From positions 1 through 64,000 of IMG/VR virus record IMGVR_UViG_3300034072_000758: DNA of 64,000 nucleotides. The stretch is one strand, 5' to 3'. Position 1 is the stretch's first letter; every line of letters begins with the position of its first letter. The notes beneath the pieces were generated by a model. The model was not told the DNA's origin. It worked only from the letters and a program-made list of their open reading frames with translations, and made no database searches. Made by a program: the position numbers and the translations under genes. Positions 1-9,387 of this stretch are shown one piece after another.

Positions 1-1
1 C

Positions 2-127
2 GATGAAGCCAAGGATAAGATCATCGAAGAACTCCGTGATCAGGACTGGTATCAGGTCGTGGAATATACGACCAAGGAAGACGGAACTTCGACCTCGGAA
101 ATTGTCTATAAGCGCGGTCGTTTATAA
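2..127 (+). CDS. 3' end of a hypothetical protein truncated by the window edge
   Basis: Open frame DEAKDKIIEELR...YKRGRL* ends just before a terminator hairpin. Confidence 0.6.
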   Translation, partial: DEAKDKIIEELRDQDWYQVVEYTTKEDGTSTSEIVYKRGRL

Positions 128-149
128 GCCTTCTTCGGAAGGCTTTTTT
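126..149 (+). terminator. Intrinsic terminator
   Basis: aagccttc-ttcg-gaaggc followed by a T run. Confidence 0.8.
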
Positions 150-150
150 C

Positions 151-179
151 TTGCCTGTCTAATTTCTCTGTGATAGCTT
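151..179 (+). promoter_or_regulatory. Sigma70-type early promoter
   Basis: TTGCCT-17 nt-TAGCTT with extended -10 TG. Confidence 0.55.
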
Positions 180-208
180 TTACTTTCATCAAAAAAAGTA
201 GGCGAAAT

Positions 209-592
209 ATGGACCGGACACTTATCATTCTGAGCGAAATGGGTGACATCGAACTCAATTGGGATTCCAAGCACGACGATGAAATCAAAACGCTGATCGA
301 AAAGAAAATGGCCGCTGGGATGATCTTCTTCGTGATTAAGCCGGTGCTCGGTTTCATTCCGATGAAAAAGAAACTCACCGCGAACTGGTCGGACGGTCAA
401 GTCAACCCGGACGATCTCAAGACCCGCCGTATCTCCGTCAAAGACGAACATATCGAAGAACTCTTCTCGGCTGGGAAACTGAAACTGTCTCGTAGCGAAG
501 AGACGAAGTTCGAGACTGTCCGCAAAGCCAAGGATGCTGCTGACGTAGTGGCTAACCGCTGTATGGGAACCAGAGCGCTCGCTGGCGGCTAA
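209..592 (+). CDS. Hypothetical protein with C-terminal di-glycine (candidate ubiquitin-like modifier)
   Basis: ATG 209 downstream of the promoter; ends ...TRALAGG*; TAATG overlap with the next gene. Confidence 0.75.
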   Translation: MDRTLIILSEMGDIELNWDSKHDDEIKTLIEKKMAAGMIFFVIKPVLGFIPMKKKLTANWSDGQVNPDDLKTRRISVKDEHIEELFSAGKLKLSRSEETKFETVRKAKDAADVVANRCMGTRALAGG

Positions 593-1203
593 TGTCAAAT
601 ATTACGGTTCACCAAAATCAATTCAAAAAGCTATTTGACAGATCGTTCGTTATTGACGATCTAACAGATGGTGGCGAATACGCGAATTATGAGATCGCTA
701 AGAAAGGTGCTCACGGGTCTTTGCTGTCGGCATTTAGTAAGAAGCATGAAAATCTTCATTTGTGCGACATTTGTATTTACACACCAAATGTTCCTCTAGC
801 GGATCATATCGCATCCATAGTGATGCATATCCGCGCCGGGGAAGAAGAATCGGTTCTTCGAATTGGTAATTTCTTCAACATAACGTCTCTTGAGCCGTGG
901 ATGTATAAATTCGAGGCCCCGGAGCATTTAAATCGTGTTGCGGCTCGACTGAATGGTCAAGAAATCGTGACGGTACGTGATATTCAACCTTCGTTTGTTA
1001 CGCGATTGATTGCCGATATTAAAGAAAACAATCCACCCCGCCTCATGAAGAAGCGCGCCCGATTGAAAAACAAAGCACGTTCAATTGTCAAAAAAGAAAT
1101 TCTCGGTCTGATTTTCAAAGATAATTCTCCCGGTCTATTGTATAGGCATAATAACAAACCGAAAACTATTTCGCTTCATATCGACCGTATGGAAATCGCA
1201 TGA
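592..1203 (+). CDS. Hypothetical protein coupled to the -GG protein
   Basis: 203 aa; HLCDICIY...PLADH...EEESVLRIGN block; stop/start overlaps at both ends. Confidence 0.7.
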   Translation: MSNITVHQNQFKKLFDRSFVIDDLTDGGEYANYEIAKKGAHGSLLSAFSKKHENLHLCDICIYTPNVPLADHIASIVMHIRAGEEESVLRIGNFFNITSLEPWMYKFEAPEHLNRVAARLNGQEIVTVRDIQPSFVTRLIADIKENNPPRLMKKRARLKNKARSIVKKEILGLIFKDNSPGLLYRHNNKPKTISLHIDRMEIA

Positions 1204-1742
1204 TCCTACCTATTCTGTCTCACCCCAATCCAATCTTGGATTCGTATTCGGTTTATGTGCCGAAGAATGAGCCTGTGGGTGAACTAATCGACAACATGTT
1301 CGAGACCATGTACGCAGCCAATGGTATAGGTTTGGCTGCTGTTCAAGTCGGCGTCCGTTGGCGCATTATCGTGATCGATCTACAAGATGGCTCCGACCCC
1401 CTTCATTTGATCAACCCGGAGTTCGACAAGATTTCGGGCATTCTGTCAGAAGGGATTGTTGAAGGCTGTTTGTCGGTCCCAGACGAATTGTTACAAGTTC
1501 CTCGCTTCACTTGGTCCGAGATCAAATATTTCGACCGATATTGGAAGCCTCGGACTTTGCGGGCTGAGGGCATCCTTCAAATTTGCCTATCACATGAGAT
1601 CGATCATTTAAACGGAAAGACGTTGGCTTCTCGTAAAACGTGGTACGAGCGCGAAGCTTCGCGCCGCTGGGAAGAAACACAAGAGACGTATCCATATCAA
1701 AGCTATGTCGATCTGATGAAATCATCCATACCGCATGACTAA
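1200..1742 (+). CDS. def: Peptide deformylase
   Basis: All three PDF motifs present: GIGLAAVQ, EGCLS, HEIDH. Confidence 0.95.
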   Translation: MILPILSHPNPILDSYSVYVPKNEPVGELIDNMFETMYAANGIGLAAVQVGVRWRIIVIDLQDGSDPLHLINPEFDKISGILSEGIVEGCLSVPDELLQVPRFTWSEIKYFDRYWKPRTLRAEGILQICLSHEIDHLNGKTLASRKTWYEREASRRWEETQETYPYQSYVDLMKSSIPHD

Positions 1743-2084
1743 TTCTGCGAAGATCGTTTCCAATCGCTCGTAATCAATAGGAACTTCTGGATTATCTTGT
1801 TCCATTGTCATGTCGTGGAGGACTTTCGAATCACCGTTTATCAAAAAGAAATAGAACAACGCACCGCAAAAGCGAAACTCAATTCGCGTTATGTTGTTAT
1901 CGTTTCGTTTTATACTACGACCATGAACGACTTCATCACCCATATCGGTCAAAACATACATAACGTCTCTTGTATTTACTACCACATTACCCAACCGTTC
2001 GTCAAAATCTCGGTATGGGCCTGTACGGTAATTCTCAATTATGGCAAGCCATATGAATTTTTGCTTCCAAATTTCAGTCTTCAT
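1722..2084 (-). CDS. Hypothetical protein
   Basis: 120-aa ORF filling the gap, divergent from the next gene. Confidence 0.6.
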   Translation of the reverse strand: MKTEIWKQKFIWLAIIENYRTGPYRDFDERLGNVVVNTRDVMYVLTDMGDEVVHGRSIKRNDNNITRIEFRFCGALFYFFLINGDSKVLHDMTMEQDNPEVPIDYERLETIFAELVMRYG

Positions 2085-2168
2085 ATGGCGATTATCTCAT
2101 AATTTAGGTTGACCTTCAATCATCATTTAGTTTAAAAGAGAAGTCTTATATTTTAAAGGAACGAGACA

Positions 2169-2750
2169 ATGTTGATCGCTCGCATCAAATCTGACTATAT
2201 CGCCGCTCGCAAATTCAAGTCGGAAGACGCTCAAGAGACCGCCACCAACGCGGTCAGGAAGACGCTTCTGTCTACGCTCGTGGGCGAAATCGATATGATC
2301 GGTAAGAACGCCACAGCGGTCGAACTGGCCGAACACATCAAAGTGGGTGGTAAGTGGGTGCTTGGCTATACGGTCAATGATCCGTCACCCGATGCAGAAC
2401 GTTCTATGATCAAGGCAGAAATCAGTAAGCCTCGTGAAACTACCGATGAAGAAGCCCTCGACAAAGTGACTAAGTTCGCCAAGTCGCTGCGTAGCAACAT
2501 CGAAGTGTTTGCGAAAGCTCAAAAGCTGGAAGACGCCAAGAAGGCGGCTTTGGAGCTTGAAATTCTGTCGGCTTATTTGCCTAAGCAAATGAGCGACGAA
2601 GCCGTTCAAGACATCATCATGGACGCTCTCGCGTCTGGTGCGGCTGAGCGAAACATTGGTTCAGTGATGAAGTTTCTGAAAGCCAATTATGACGGACTGT
2701 ACGACTCGAAGAAAACTTCGGGCCTTATAAACGATATTCTCAAGAGCTAA
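2169..2750 (+). CDS. GatB/YqeY domain protein
   Basis: TDEE...K..R, ELEILSAYLPKQMS and IGSVMKFLK motifs. Confidence 0.9.
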   Translation: MLIARIKSDYIAARKFKSEDAQETATNAVRKTLLSTLVGEIDMIGKNATAVELAEHIKVGGKWVLGYTVNDPSPDAERSMIKAEISKPRETTDEEALDKVTKFAKSLRSNIEVFAKAQKLEDAKKAALELEILSAYLPKQMSDEAVQDIIMDALASGAAERNIGSVMKFLKANYDGLYDSKKTSGLINDILKS

Positions 2751-2764
2751 CAAAGGGGGCTACC

Positions 2765-4984
2765 ATGAAAGAACTTATTGATCTCTACAAGCTGATCTAT
2801 GTCGATACGACCGAAACTCGTATCGTAGATCGCCAGAAGGTATTCGCTTTCAACGCCGAACTGGCGTTGTCTGGTTACTCTCTCACGGAACGCGCTATCA
2901 GCGTTCTTCAAGCGACTTCGGATGAATCCTTCATGAATATTCGTTCGGAGGTTCTTTCGGCGCTGGAAAATCCGTCTTACACGGACAGAACCCTTTTCAG
3001 CAAGTTTCCATACGAGACGCCTGATCAATGGGCCTATCTGAACAAGCGCATTCTGTCGCATCAGCACAATGATGAACTTCTGCGTCGTAATAACGTGACC
3101 ATTCTATCGTGTGGTCACGCCATCCATGATGCTCTATTCGACCTGAACGACTTCGGTGCTTGCCCGGTCTGTCAAGAAAACGTGCCGGAACTGACTGGTA
3201 AGTCCAGCAAGCTTCTGGATTTCGAATCGGTAACTCCTCTTAAGCCTCTCGGTGTGGTGACTGAACAGGGTGTCAGCAAGATCGTGCGCGGTCTCCTGTC
3301 GCGCAATTCTTCCCTATCCCCGGCTGAAAAGGCTCTTATCCTGAAATACGGCAAGACCGAAGATTTCGACGTGGACGAAGTGTTTAAAGAAACGCTTCCG
3401 TTCCTGTTCGTTCATTCGGCTGATCCGATGTCGGTTCAGAAGCATATCTCTGGTCTGTCGGATATTCTGCGCATCGCGTCATATGTGAGCAACGAAAGCG
3501 CGGACCTGTCCTTGAAAGACAATACGAAATTCAAGCTCTCGACGGCTCGCAAGAAGCAAATCCTGCGCCTCATGGAAAACTCGATCAATGATCAGTCGAA
3601 TGAAGACCTGATGCGATACCGCGAACGCTGGTTGAAGCTGGGTAAGCTTCTGGCTATTGGATCGGAAGAAAATCGCCGTAAATACCCGAAGACGTTTGCG
3701 GCTTTCGACACCCTGCGTAACGATCCCAAGAGCATCGATACGTACAATCGCTTTGCAGAGCGTTTGGTACGCGCTAAGGTCAAGAAAGCCTCCAAGGGCG
3801 CTCTGGCTGATGCGCTGGCTGGTCTCGCTGCGCCTGTGGACGGTTTCACTACCGCTGATCTTGAACGTCTGGCGACCCGCCCTGCGGAGTTCGCCCGCCG
3901 CCTCGATTTCCTCCTGCGTAATGTAGAAAATGGTTCGGAAATTCTGAACCTGTTCGGAAAGTCGGTGGTCAAGAAGATCACCAAAAAGATGCTGTTCGAA
4001 CTGATCAGTGCTTTCCGTTATCGTATGAAGAACCTTGGAGTTCCGCTTAACCGTGCCTTCTTCCCGAAGGGGAATACGAACAATGTGAAGGTCATCCCTG
4101 ATCGTCGCACGAGCATCAATTCGAACCTGAGTTCCGATCTGTTCAAAGCCATCGACATCATGTCGGAGGAACTATTCAATCGTAACCAAGCTGAAACGCC
4201 GCTGGGTAAGGTATTCATCGATGGTGCGCTGGACGATGTTCTTGTGCCATTCAATCGCCGTGGCGATTCGGATGTTTCCGACAAAATGCTCAAGGGGTCT
4301 CGCTACCACTTTGATCATTCGGGGATCATTCGCGCGTTCCTCTTCTGGAATGATCCATCGGATGTTGACTTGTCGGTCGTGTGTTATGACGAGCATTTTG
4401 TCCAGACGGAACAGGTATCGTTCAGAAATTTGAGCGGTTCGGGTATGGTTCACTCCGGGGACATCACCAACGGTCAGGGCGGCGCAGCGGAATATATCGA
4501 CATCGATGTTTCCAAGCTGAAAAAGAACGTCCGATACGTGGCAATGATGGTGTACCTGTATTCGTATAACGGCGGCGGCGACCGCGCCAAGGCATTTGAG
4601 AACTTCGAATGTTATGCCGGGGTCATGCGCCGCGACAAACTGGCTTCGGGTGAGAAATTCGAACCAGCTTCGGTCGAGTTCAAGTTCAACGTCAACGCTC
4701 GCAAGACGCAAGCTATGCCGGTGCTGATCGATGTTCGTGAGGACAAGATCATTTATCTGGACATGGCCGTAGGTAACAACTACGGGGCTTGTGTCGAAGG
4801 CGAGAACATGACCGATCTGATCCGGGTGTTCGCGGACATGAAGGTGTCCAAGCCTACTCTCAAGGACGTTCTGACTGTCACCGCTTCGGCGCGCGGTGAG
4901 ATCGTGGATAATCGAGAAGACGCGGATGTGATCTATGATCTCACCACGGACATCGATACAATCCTTTCGGATTGTGGTATTTAA
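2765..4984 (+). CDS. Prokaryotic RING (Prok-RING_4-like) plus C-terminal TerD-domain protein
   Basis: ILSCGH...FGACPVC near the N-terminus; RPAEFARRLD; DVDLS and HSGDITN...AEYID TerD motifs. Confidence 0.8.
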   Translation: MKELIDLYKLIYVDTTETRIVDRQKVFAFNAELALSGYSLTERAISVLQATSDESFMNIRSEVLSALENPSYTDRTLFSKFPYETPDQWAYLNKRILSHQHNDELLRRNNVTILSCGHAIHDALFDLNDFGACPVCQENVPELTGKSSKLLDFESVTPLKPLGVVTEQGVSKIVRGLLSRNSSLSPAEKALILKYGKTEDFDVDEVFKETLPFLFVHSADPMSVQKHISGLSDILRIASYVSNESADLSLKDNTKFKLSTARKKQILRLMENSINDQSNEDLMRYRERWLKLGKLLAIGSEENRRKYPKTFAAFDTLRNDPKSIDTYNRFAERLVRAKVKKASKGALADALAGLAAPVDGFTTADLERLATRPAEFARRLDFLLRNVENGSEILNLFGKSVVKKITKKMLFELISAFRYRMKNLGVPLNRAFFPKGNTNNVKVIPDRRTSINSNLSSDLFKAIDIMSEELFNRNQAETPLGKVFIDGALDDVLVPFNRRGDSDVSDKMLKGSRYHFDHSGIIRAFLFWNDPSDVDLSVVCYDEHFVQTEQVSFRNLSGSGMVHSGDITNGQGGAAEYIDIDVSKLKKNVRYVAMMVYLYSYNGGGDRAKAFENFECYAGVMRRDKLASGEKFEPASVEFKFNVNARKTQAMPVLIDVREDKIIYLDMAVGNNYGACVEGENMTDLIRVFADMKVSKPTLKDVLTVTASARGEIVDNREDADVIYDLTTDIDTILSDCGI

Positions 4985-4987
4985 TAT

Positions 4988-5014
4988 AAGCCCCACCTTC
5001 GGGTGGGGTTTTTT
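4988..5014 (+). terminator. Intrinsic terminator
   Basis: aagccccacc-ttcg-ggtgggg followed by a T run. Confidence 0.85.
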
Positions 5015-5027
5015 CTGAGTAAAGCGT

Positions 5028-5501
5028 ATGTGTAAGCACAATAAATGGGATGCTCGATGGATGGGTATGTGTAATCATATCGCGTCATGGAGCATCGATG
5101 AATCGCGCAAGATCGGTGCGGTGATTGTGGATGACCGCAATGACGTGATCTCTATGGGGTGGAACGGGCCTCCTAGAGGGATCGATGATACACAAGAGCG
5201 CATTCACATTCGTCCCGAAAAATACAAATGGTACGAACACGCTGAACGCAATGCCCTCTATAACGCCGCTGCGAATGGTCGTAAGCTGGTAGGGTGTAAG
5301 ATTTACCAGAACATGTACCCCTGCGCCGATTGCGCCCGTGGGATCGTTCAGAGTGGAATTGTAAAGGTCATTACAGTCGAACCCAATTGGGATGATGCTA
5401 CCTACCGGGATGACTTTGCTGTGACTAGGTTGATGCTGGAACAGGCTGGGGTAAGCGTCCAGTTCATCGAAGGCGAACATTTGGAGAGAAAAGATGACTA
5501 A
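5028..5501 (+). CDS. dCMP deaminase
   Basis: HAERNA and PCADC zinc motifs; GWNG. Confidence 0.92.
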   Translation: MCKHNKWDARWMGMCNHIASWSIDESRKIGAVIVDDRNDVISMGWNGPPRGIDDTQERIHIRPEKYKWYEHAERNALYNAAANGRKLVGCKIYQNMYPCADCARGIVQSGIVKVITVEPNWDDATYRDDFAVTRLMLEQAGVSVQFIEGEHLERKDD

Positions 5502-5967
5502 AGACGAGTTCAATTCTGGCTTTGTTTTTCAACCGCATTTGGTTTCTATCTTTGATTTTCATGTGCTGGTCGCAACACCGGGCTATTCCGGCGTAAAAAT
5601 CGAAGGTCTCGTTAATAAAATGATTCCCTCGGAAGAGTTCAATGATAAAACTCTGAGAGAAATTTATACCTCGGAATTGATGTCGTGGATTAATTCTTTG
5701 ATTTTCGCTAATACGAATATCATATGGGTGAATGACTCCCTGACCGTCAATAAAAAGGTGGTAGCCACCGTATACCCGATGGGGAATGTCATTGGGATGG
5801 GGAATGGGGCTATCTGGTATAGTTTATATATTGAAGGTAAAAAATTCGGGAAGTTTGAATCCAAGATATTAGCCAGATCAGCGGCCAGAGAGTTTATTAT
5901 TGATTGGGCCACCAAACTACGATCCATACACATCACAATAAATGGCGATCTAAATTATACCGAGTAA
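5494..5967 (+). CDS. Hypothetical protein
   Basis: 157-aa ORF overlapping the upstream stop; GGAG SD. Confidence 0.6.
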   Translation: MTKDEFNSGFVFQPHLVSIFDFHVLVATPGYSGVKIEGLVNKMIPSEEFNDKTLREIYTSELMSWINSLIFANTNIIWVNDSLTVNKKVVATVYPMGNVIGMGNGAIWYSLYIEGKKFGKFESKILARSAAREFIIDWATKLRSIHITINGDLNYTE

Positions 5968-6465
5968 CTAGATCAGTCTCATAATGAGTGATAATAGGAA
6001 CTCATCTGGTTCACGTATGGAATACGAAAAAGCTTCGTATACAACTGGCCTAGATGGGTTCTTGCGCCGCCAGTCCTGTTGGACTTCAATAATCCATTCG
6101 TCTGTCGATAGATACGCTATATCGAACGTGCGATCATTGTTGATGTTTATTTTTGCGTACAGGTCATTCGGGGTAATTTCAAAATGAATGTCGGCGTCCC
6201 AGCCGTGATTACCAACAGCATATTGCTTTCTTACCCAATTACGAACGATATTATCGAACCGCCGCGATTCGGTCTTTGTGTACTGGTGGCTGAACTTAAA
6301 CTTTTCGTCTTCCGAAAGCGTAGCTTCATACGCCTCAATACGCTTCCGGCTTTGTTCCCGAAGCGCAGCCATTTCGGTCTCGAAATCGAAATCGGGATCG
6401 TCAAATGACTTGGGGGTCCGTTGAGACCCCCTTATCTTATTGTATGTGGTGGTGAAGACCTTCAT
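5968..6465 (-). CDS. Hypothetical protein
   Basis: 165 aa, coupled to the upstream NYN-like gene. Confidence 0.65.
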   Translation of the reverse strand: MKVFTTTYNKIRGSQRTPKSFDDPDFDFETEMAALREQSRKRIEAYEATLSEDEKFKFSHQYTKTESRRFDNIVRNWVRKQYAVGNHGWDADIHFEITPNDLYAKININNDRTFDIAYLSTDEWIIEVQQDWRRKNPSRPVVYEAFSYSIREPDEFLLSLIMRLI

Positions 6466-7223
6466 CAGGCGCGGGTCTTGACGGTCGTGATGCCAGCCTT
6501 GGCCTCGGCTGGCTTGTGGAACGGCGGCTTCGGGAGTTCCTTATGGAAGACCGGAAGGTCGAACAGTTCCAGAAAGCCGGTCGCAACCTTGGTCAGACGC
6601 TCGTTGGTGAACGTGGCCTGTTCGGGAACGACTGCTGCCCCGGCATCGATGCGATCATCGATGTCATCTTCGGAGATATTCGACGCGATCAGCGTGATTT
6701 CCAAGTCCTTGAAGCTGGACTTGAGACGATGAAGCGTGTGCGAAACGTCCGCGTTAGTGGTCAGGATGACGATGTGGCGACCGCCCGAAACGACATACTT
6801 GGTCAGTTCGATGGTCAGGTCGTTGTACATGAAGTGACGCGCATTTTCGTGAGCGAAGGTGTCGTCTTGCTTGATGCCGCGCGAATTGTAGGTGGTGGTC
6901 ACCACGTCGAAGCCGTTGGCTTGGAGCCAGTCGAGAGTGCGAACGAACGGATTGTAGCCGTTGTTTTCCTTCTTTTCCAGAACGGAGAAGAACTGGTGCG
7001 TGGCGATCTGGAAGCTTTCGACCGCCCACTTGCGAAGCGCGGCGAAGTCGGGCTTGGTTTCACCCACGTATTGATTGGTTTCGGGGTCGAGGTTGGCCTT
7101 TCGCAAAAGGCCACCGAGCGAAGCATAGTCGATGAAAAGCTGCGCCGGGATGTCCTTCTTGGTGAGAAGGGCTTTCACAGCCAGAATTTCGGACAGGACT
7201 TCGGCGTTCGATGGGTTTGACAT
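6465..7223 (-). CDS. Degenerate NYN/LabA (PIN-like) domain protein
   Basis: LFID, LDWLQANGFDVVT and HIVILTTNAD resemble LabA/NYN; strong SD (AGGAG). Confidence 0.65.
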   Translation of the reverse strand: MSNPSNAEVLSEILAVKALLTKKDIPAQLFIDYASLGGLLRKANLDPETNQYVGETKPDFAALRKWAVESFQIATHQFFSVLEKKENNGYNPFVRTLDWLQANGFDVVTTTYNSRGIKQDDTFAHENARHFMYNDLTIELTKYVVSGGRHIVILTTNADVSHTLHRLKSSFKDLEITLIASNISEDDIDDRIDAGAAVVPEQATFTNERLTKVATGFLELFDLPVFHKELPKPPFHKPAEAKAGITTVKTRA

Positions 7224-7337
7224 ATTTTGTTCTCCTAAGAGAGTTGAAGATAATTAAACAAATCATAAGCCAGCTATTACGGCTGGATTTTCCAACCGTA
7301 CCACAGGAAATAGATTAGTCAATAGACTTTGTTAAAT

Positions 7338-7631
7338 TTATTTGTGAAGCGTGTAAGAAATAACCGACCCACTTGTGAAGCGTGGATCATATTGACTAAA
7401 AGAATGCGTAATGTGCGATTCACCATCAGCACTTACAACACTATACGGGGCGAGAGACGCAACCCACTTATCAGCCAATTCAATTTCTTCTGGGTCCATG
7501 TCTGAATCATCACCGTTGATCAGATACGAAGCCCAAGCTTCTGGACCATCTATAGTCTCGACTTCGATTTCTTCATTGAGGTTATCTTCGTTCAAAAGAC
7601 TTTCGTTAACAATATTCATGAAATCGCGCAT
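7338..7631 (-). CDS. Small acidic protein with CTS-like N-terminus
   Basis: MRDFMNIVNE-SLLNE-NLNE; WASYLINGD motif; TATAAATA upstream at 7665-7672 (minus). Confidence 0.7.
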   Translation of the reverse strand: MRDFMNIVNESLLNEDNLNEEIEVETIDGPEAWASYLINGDDSDMDPEEIELADKWVASLAPYSVVSADGESHITHSFSQYDPRFTSGSVISYTLHK

Positions 7632-7707
7632 AGTAAATAACCTTTTTAATTGATAAGTATATTCTATTTATAGTATATTGTTTAAATCGAAGAGAGAATA
7701 GAGTAAG

Positions 7708-8424
7708 ATGAAAGTAGCAATTATCTCAGCTTATTACAATGAAAGCCTAGATGTGCTACGGCGTTGTCACGATAGTGTTAAGACCCAAACACATACTGAC
7801 GTTACACATTACTTTGTGTCGGACGGAAACCCAAACACAGCACTCGATACTTGGGATTGCGTTCATATAAAATTACCTAATCATAATGATTACGGTGACA
7901 CGCCACGAGCGGTAGGAAGTTTGTCGGCAGTTGCCTTGAACTACGATGCCGTAGTTTTCTTGGATGCTGACAACTTCCTTACCCCGGACCACATCGAAAA
8001 AATGGTCTCTTATTCGAAGTTTACAGGGGCCGACATCGTTACAGCCACCCGCTTTCTTGTCGATATTGACGGGAAGACCTTGGGTGTCTGTAACGAGTCG
8101 GATGGGAATAACTTCAACGATACGAACTGCTATTTCATCACAAGTAAAGCGTTTGATGTTTTCCGTTATCTCGGCTTCAAGAGTAATAAACACGGGATAG
8201 TAGGAGATCGTATGTTCTGGAATGCTGTCAAACAGATGCCATTCTCCCGGTCCCATTTCTCTACACCAACGGTCTATTACACCACCACATTCGCATTCCA
8301 CTATCAAGTTCTCGGCCTGACGCCTCCCGACCACACTAAGGTCATTGTGCGCTTCTCAGACGAAGAACATCACCGCATGATCAGCTATCCAGAATATGTG
8401 AAGCTCACCAAGGGACAAAAATGA
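7708..8424 (+). CDS. Glycosyltransferase family 2
   Basis: IISAYYNE, VSDG and FLDAD (DxD) motifs. Confidence 0.88.
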   Translation: MKVAIISAYYNESLDVLRRCHDSVKTQTHTDVTHYFVSDGNPNTALDTWDCVHIKLPNHNDYGDTPRAVGSLSAVALNYDAVVFLDADNFLTPDHIEKMVSYSKFTGADIVTATRFLVDIDGKTLGVCNESDGNNFNDTNCYFITSKAFDVFRYLGFKSNKHGIVGDRMFWNAVKQMPFSRSHFSTPTVYYTTTFAFHYQVLGLTPPDHTKVIVRFSDEEHHRMISYPEYVKLTKGQK

Positions 8425-9290
8425 AATCCAATCTCATTATCGGCGTAATCAAAGGCTATGACTGGTCCAAGGTAAGCCTATGGGCCTTGAGCATCATTAC
8501 TAGCGGTTTCAAAGGCACAGCGGCAGTCATTCAATACTATGACCCCGATGGTATCGAGCGCGATGAAGAAGTAGCTAAGAATCTAAAATCTCTTGGTATC
8601 CAAGTCATCAATATGAGATTGGAAGGTCAAATCTTTTCCAGACGTTTCTATGACATTCATTCAGTATTGCGATCCAGACTGGACTCGTTCGATCATGTGA
8701 TTGCTACCGATGTTCGTGACGTTATGTTCCAGAGCGACCCTGCGGCATGGCTCTCTCAGAACCTCAAGAAGGGCATCTACGCAGCTACGGAAGGGCTTCG
8801 TTATCGAGACGAAGATTGGGGTAGAAGCAATCTCGCTCAATCTTTCGGCGCAGATGGTATGCGGATCATGGATGAATTGATTTACAACGCTGGGGTAATC
8901 AGCGGTAAAGCCGAAAGCATTTCTGATTTGTTCTACAACATTTATGTATTGTCGGAAATTGCCAATATGCCTTCGGGTGGTGGTGGTCCAGATCAGGCGG
9001 CGTACAACATGCTTCTCAACATGAAAGCATACCAGTCCGAAGCTCAATTCGGCAACCACGAGGATGGTTACGCCGCTCAATTGGGGACCACAGCCGATCC
9101 GTCCAAAATCGACCGCTTCCGTCCATTCTTAGTTGAACCGGAACCGATCATGGAAGATGGCGTGGTGAAAACAAGTACAGGTATTCCGTTCTGCGTTGTT
9201 CACCAATATGATCGTCACCCGGAATGGGATAAGATAATCAGAGAGAGGGTAAACAATGAATTACGCGATCTACGTGCTCGAAATAGCTAA
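8421..9290 (+). CDS. GT-A fold glycosyltransferase
   Basis: TDVRDVMFQ, YNAGV, DQAAYN and VHQYDR motifs. Confidence 0.8.
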   Translation: MKSNLIIGVIKGYDWSKVSLWALSIITSGFKGTAAVIQYYDPDGIERDEEVAKNLKSLGIQVINMRLEGQIFSRRFYDIHSVLRSRLDSFDHVIATDVRDVMFQSDPAAWLSQNLKKGIYAATEGLRYRDEDWGRSNLAQSFGADGMRIMDELIYNAGVISGKAESISDLFYNIYVLSEIANMPSGGGGPDQAAYNMLLNMKAYQSEAQFGNHEDGYAAQLGTTADPSKIDRFRPFLVEPEPIMEDGVVKTSTGIPFCVVHQYDRHPEWDKIIRERVNNELRDLRARNS

Positions 9291-9387
9291 GGTTGCATTT
9301 ATTGGAATGGCCGCTTTTATGGTCATCATCGGTGTATTATATTCACTCATGTGCGCGGCTAAAGTCATAGTCAAGCACAAAGAATGA
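9256..9387 (+). CDS. Small membrane protein (43 aa, not in ORF track)
   Basis: MNYAIYVLEIAKVAFIGMAAFMVIIGVLYSLMCAAK...; GAGGG SD; fills the gap. Confidence 0.55.
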   Translation: MNYAIYVLEIAKVAFIGMAAFMVIIGVLYSLMCAAKVIVKHKE

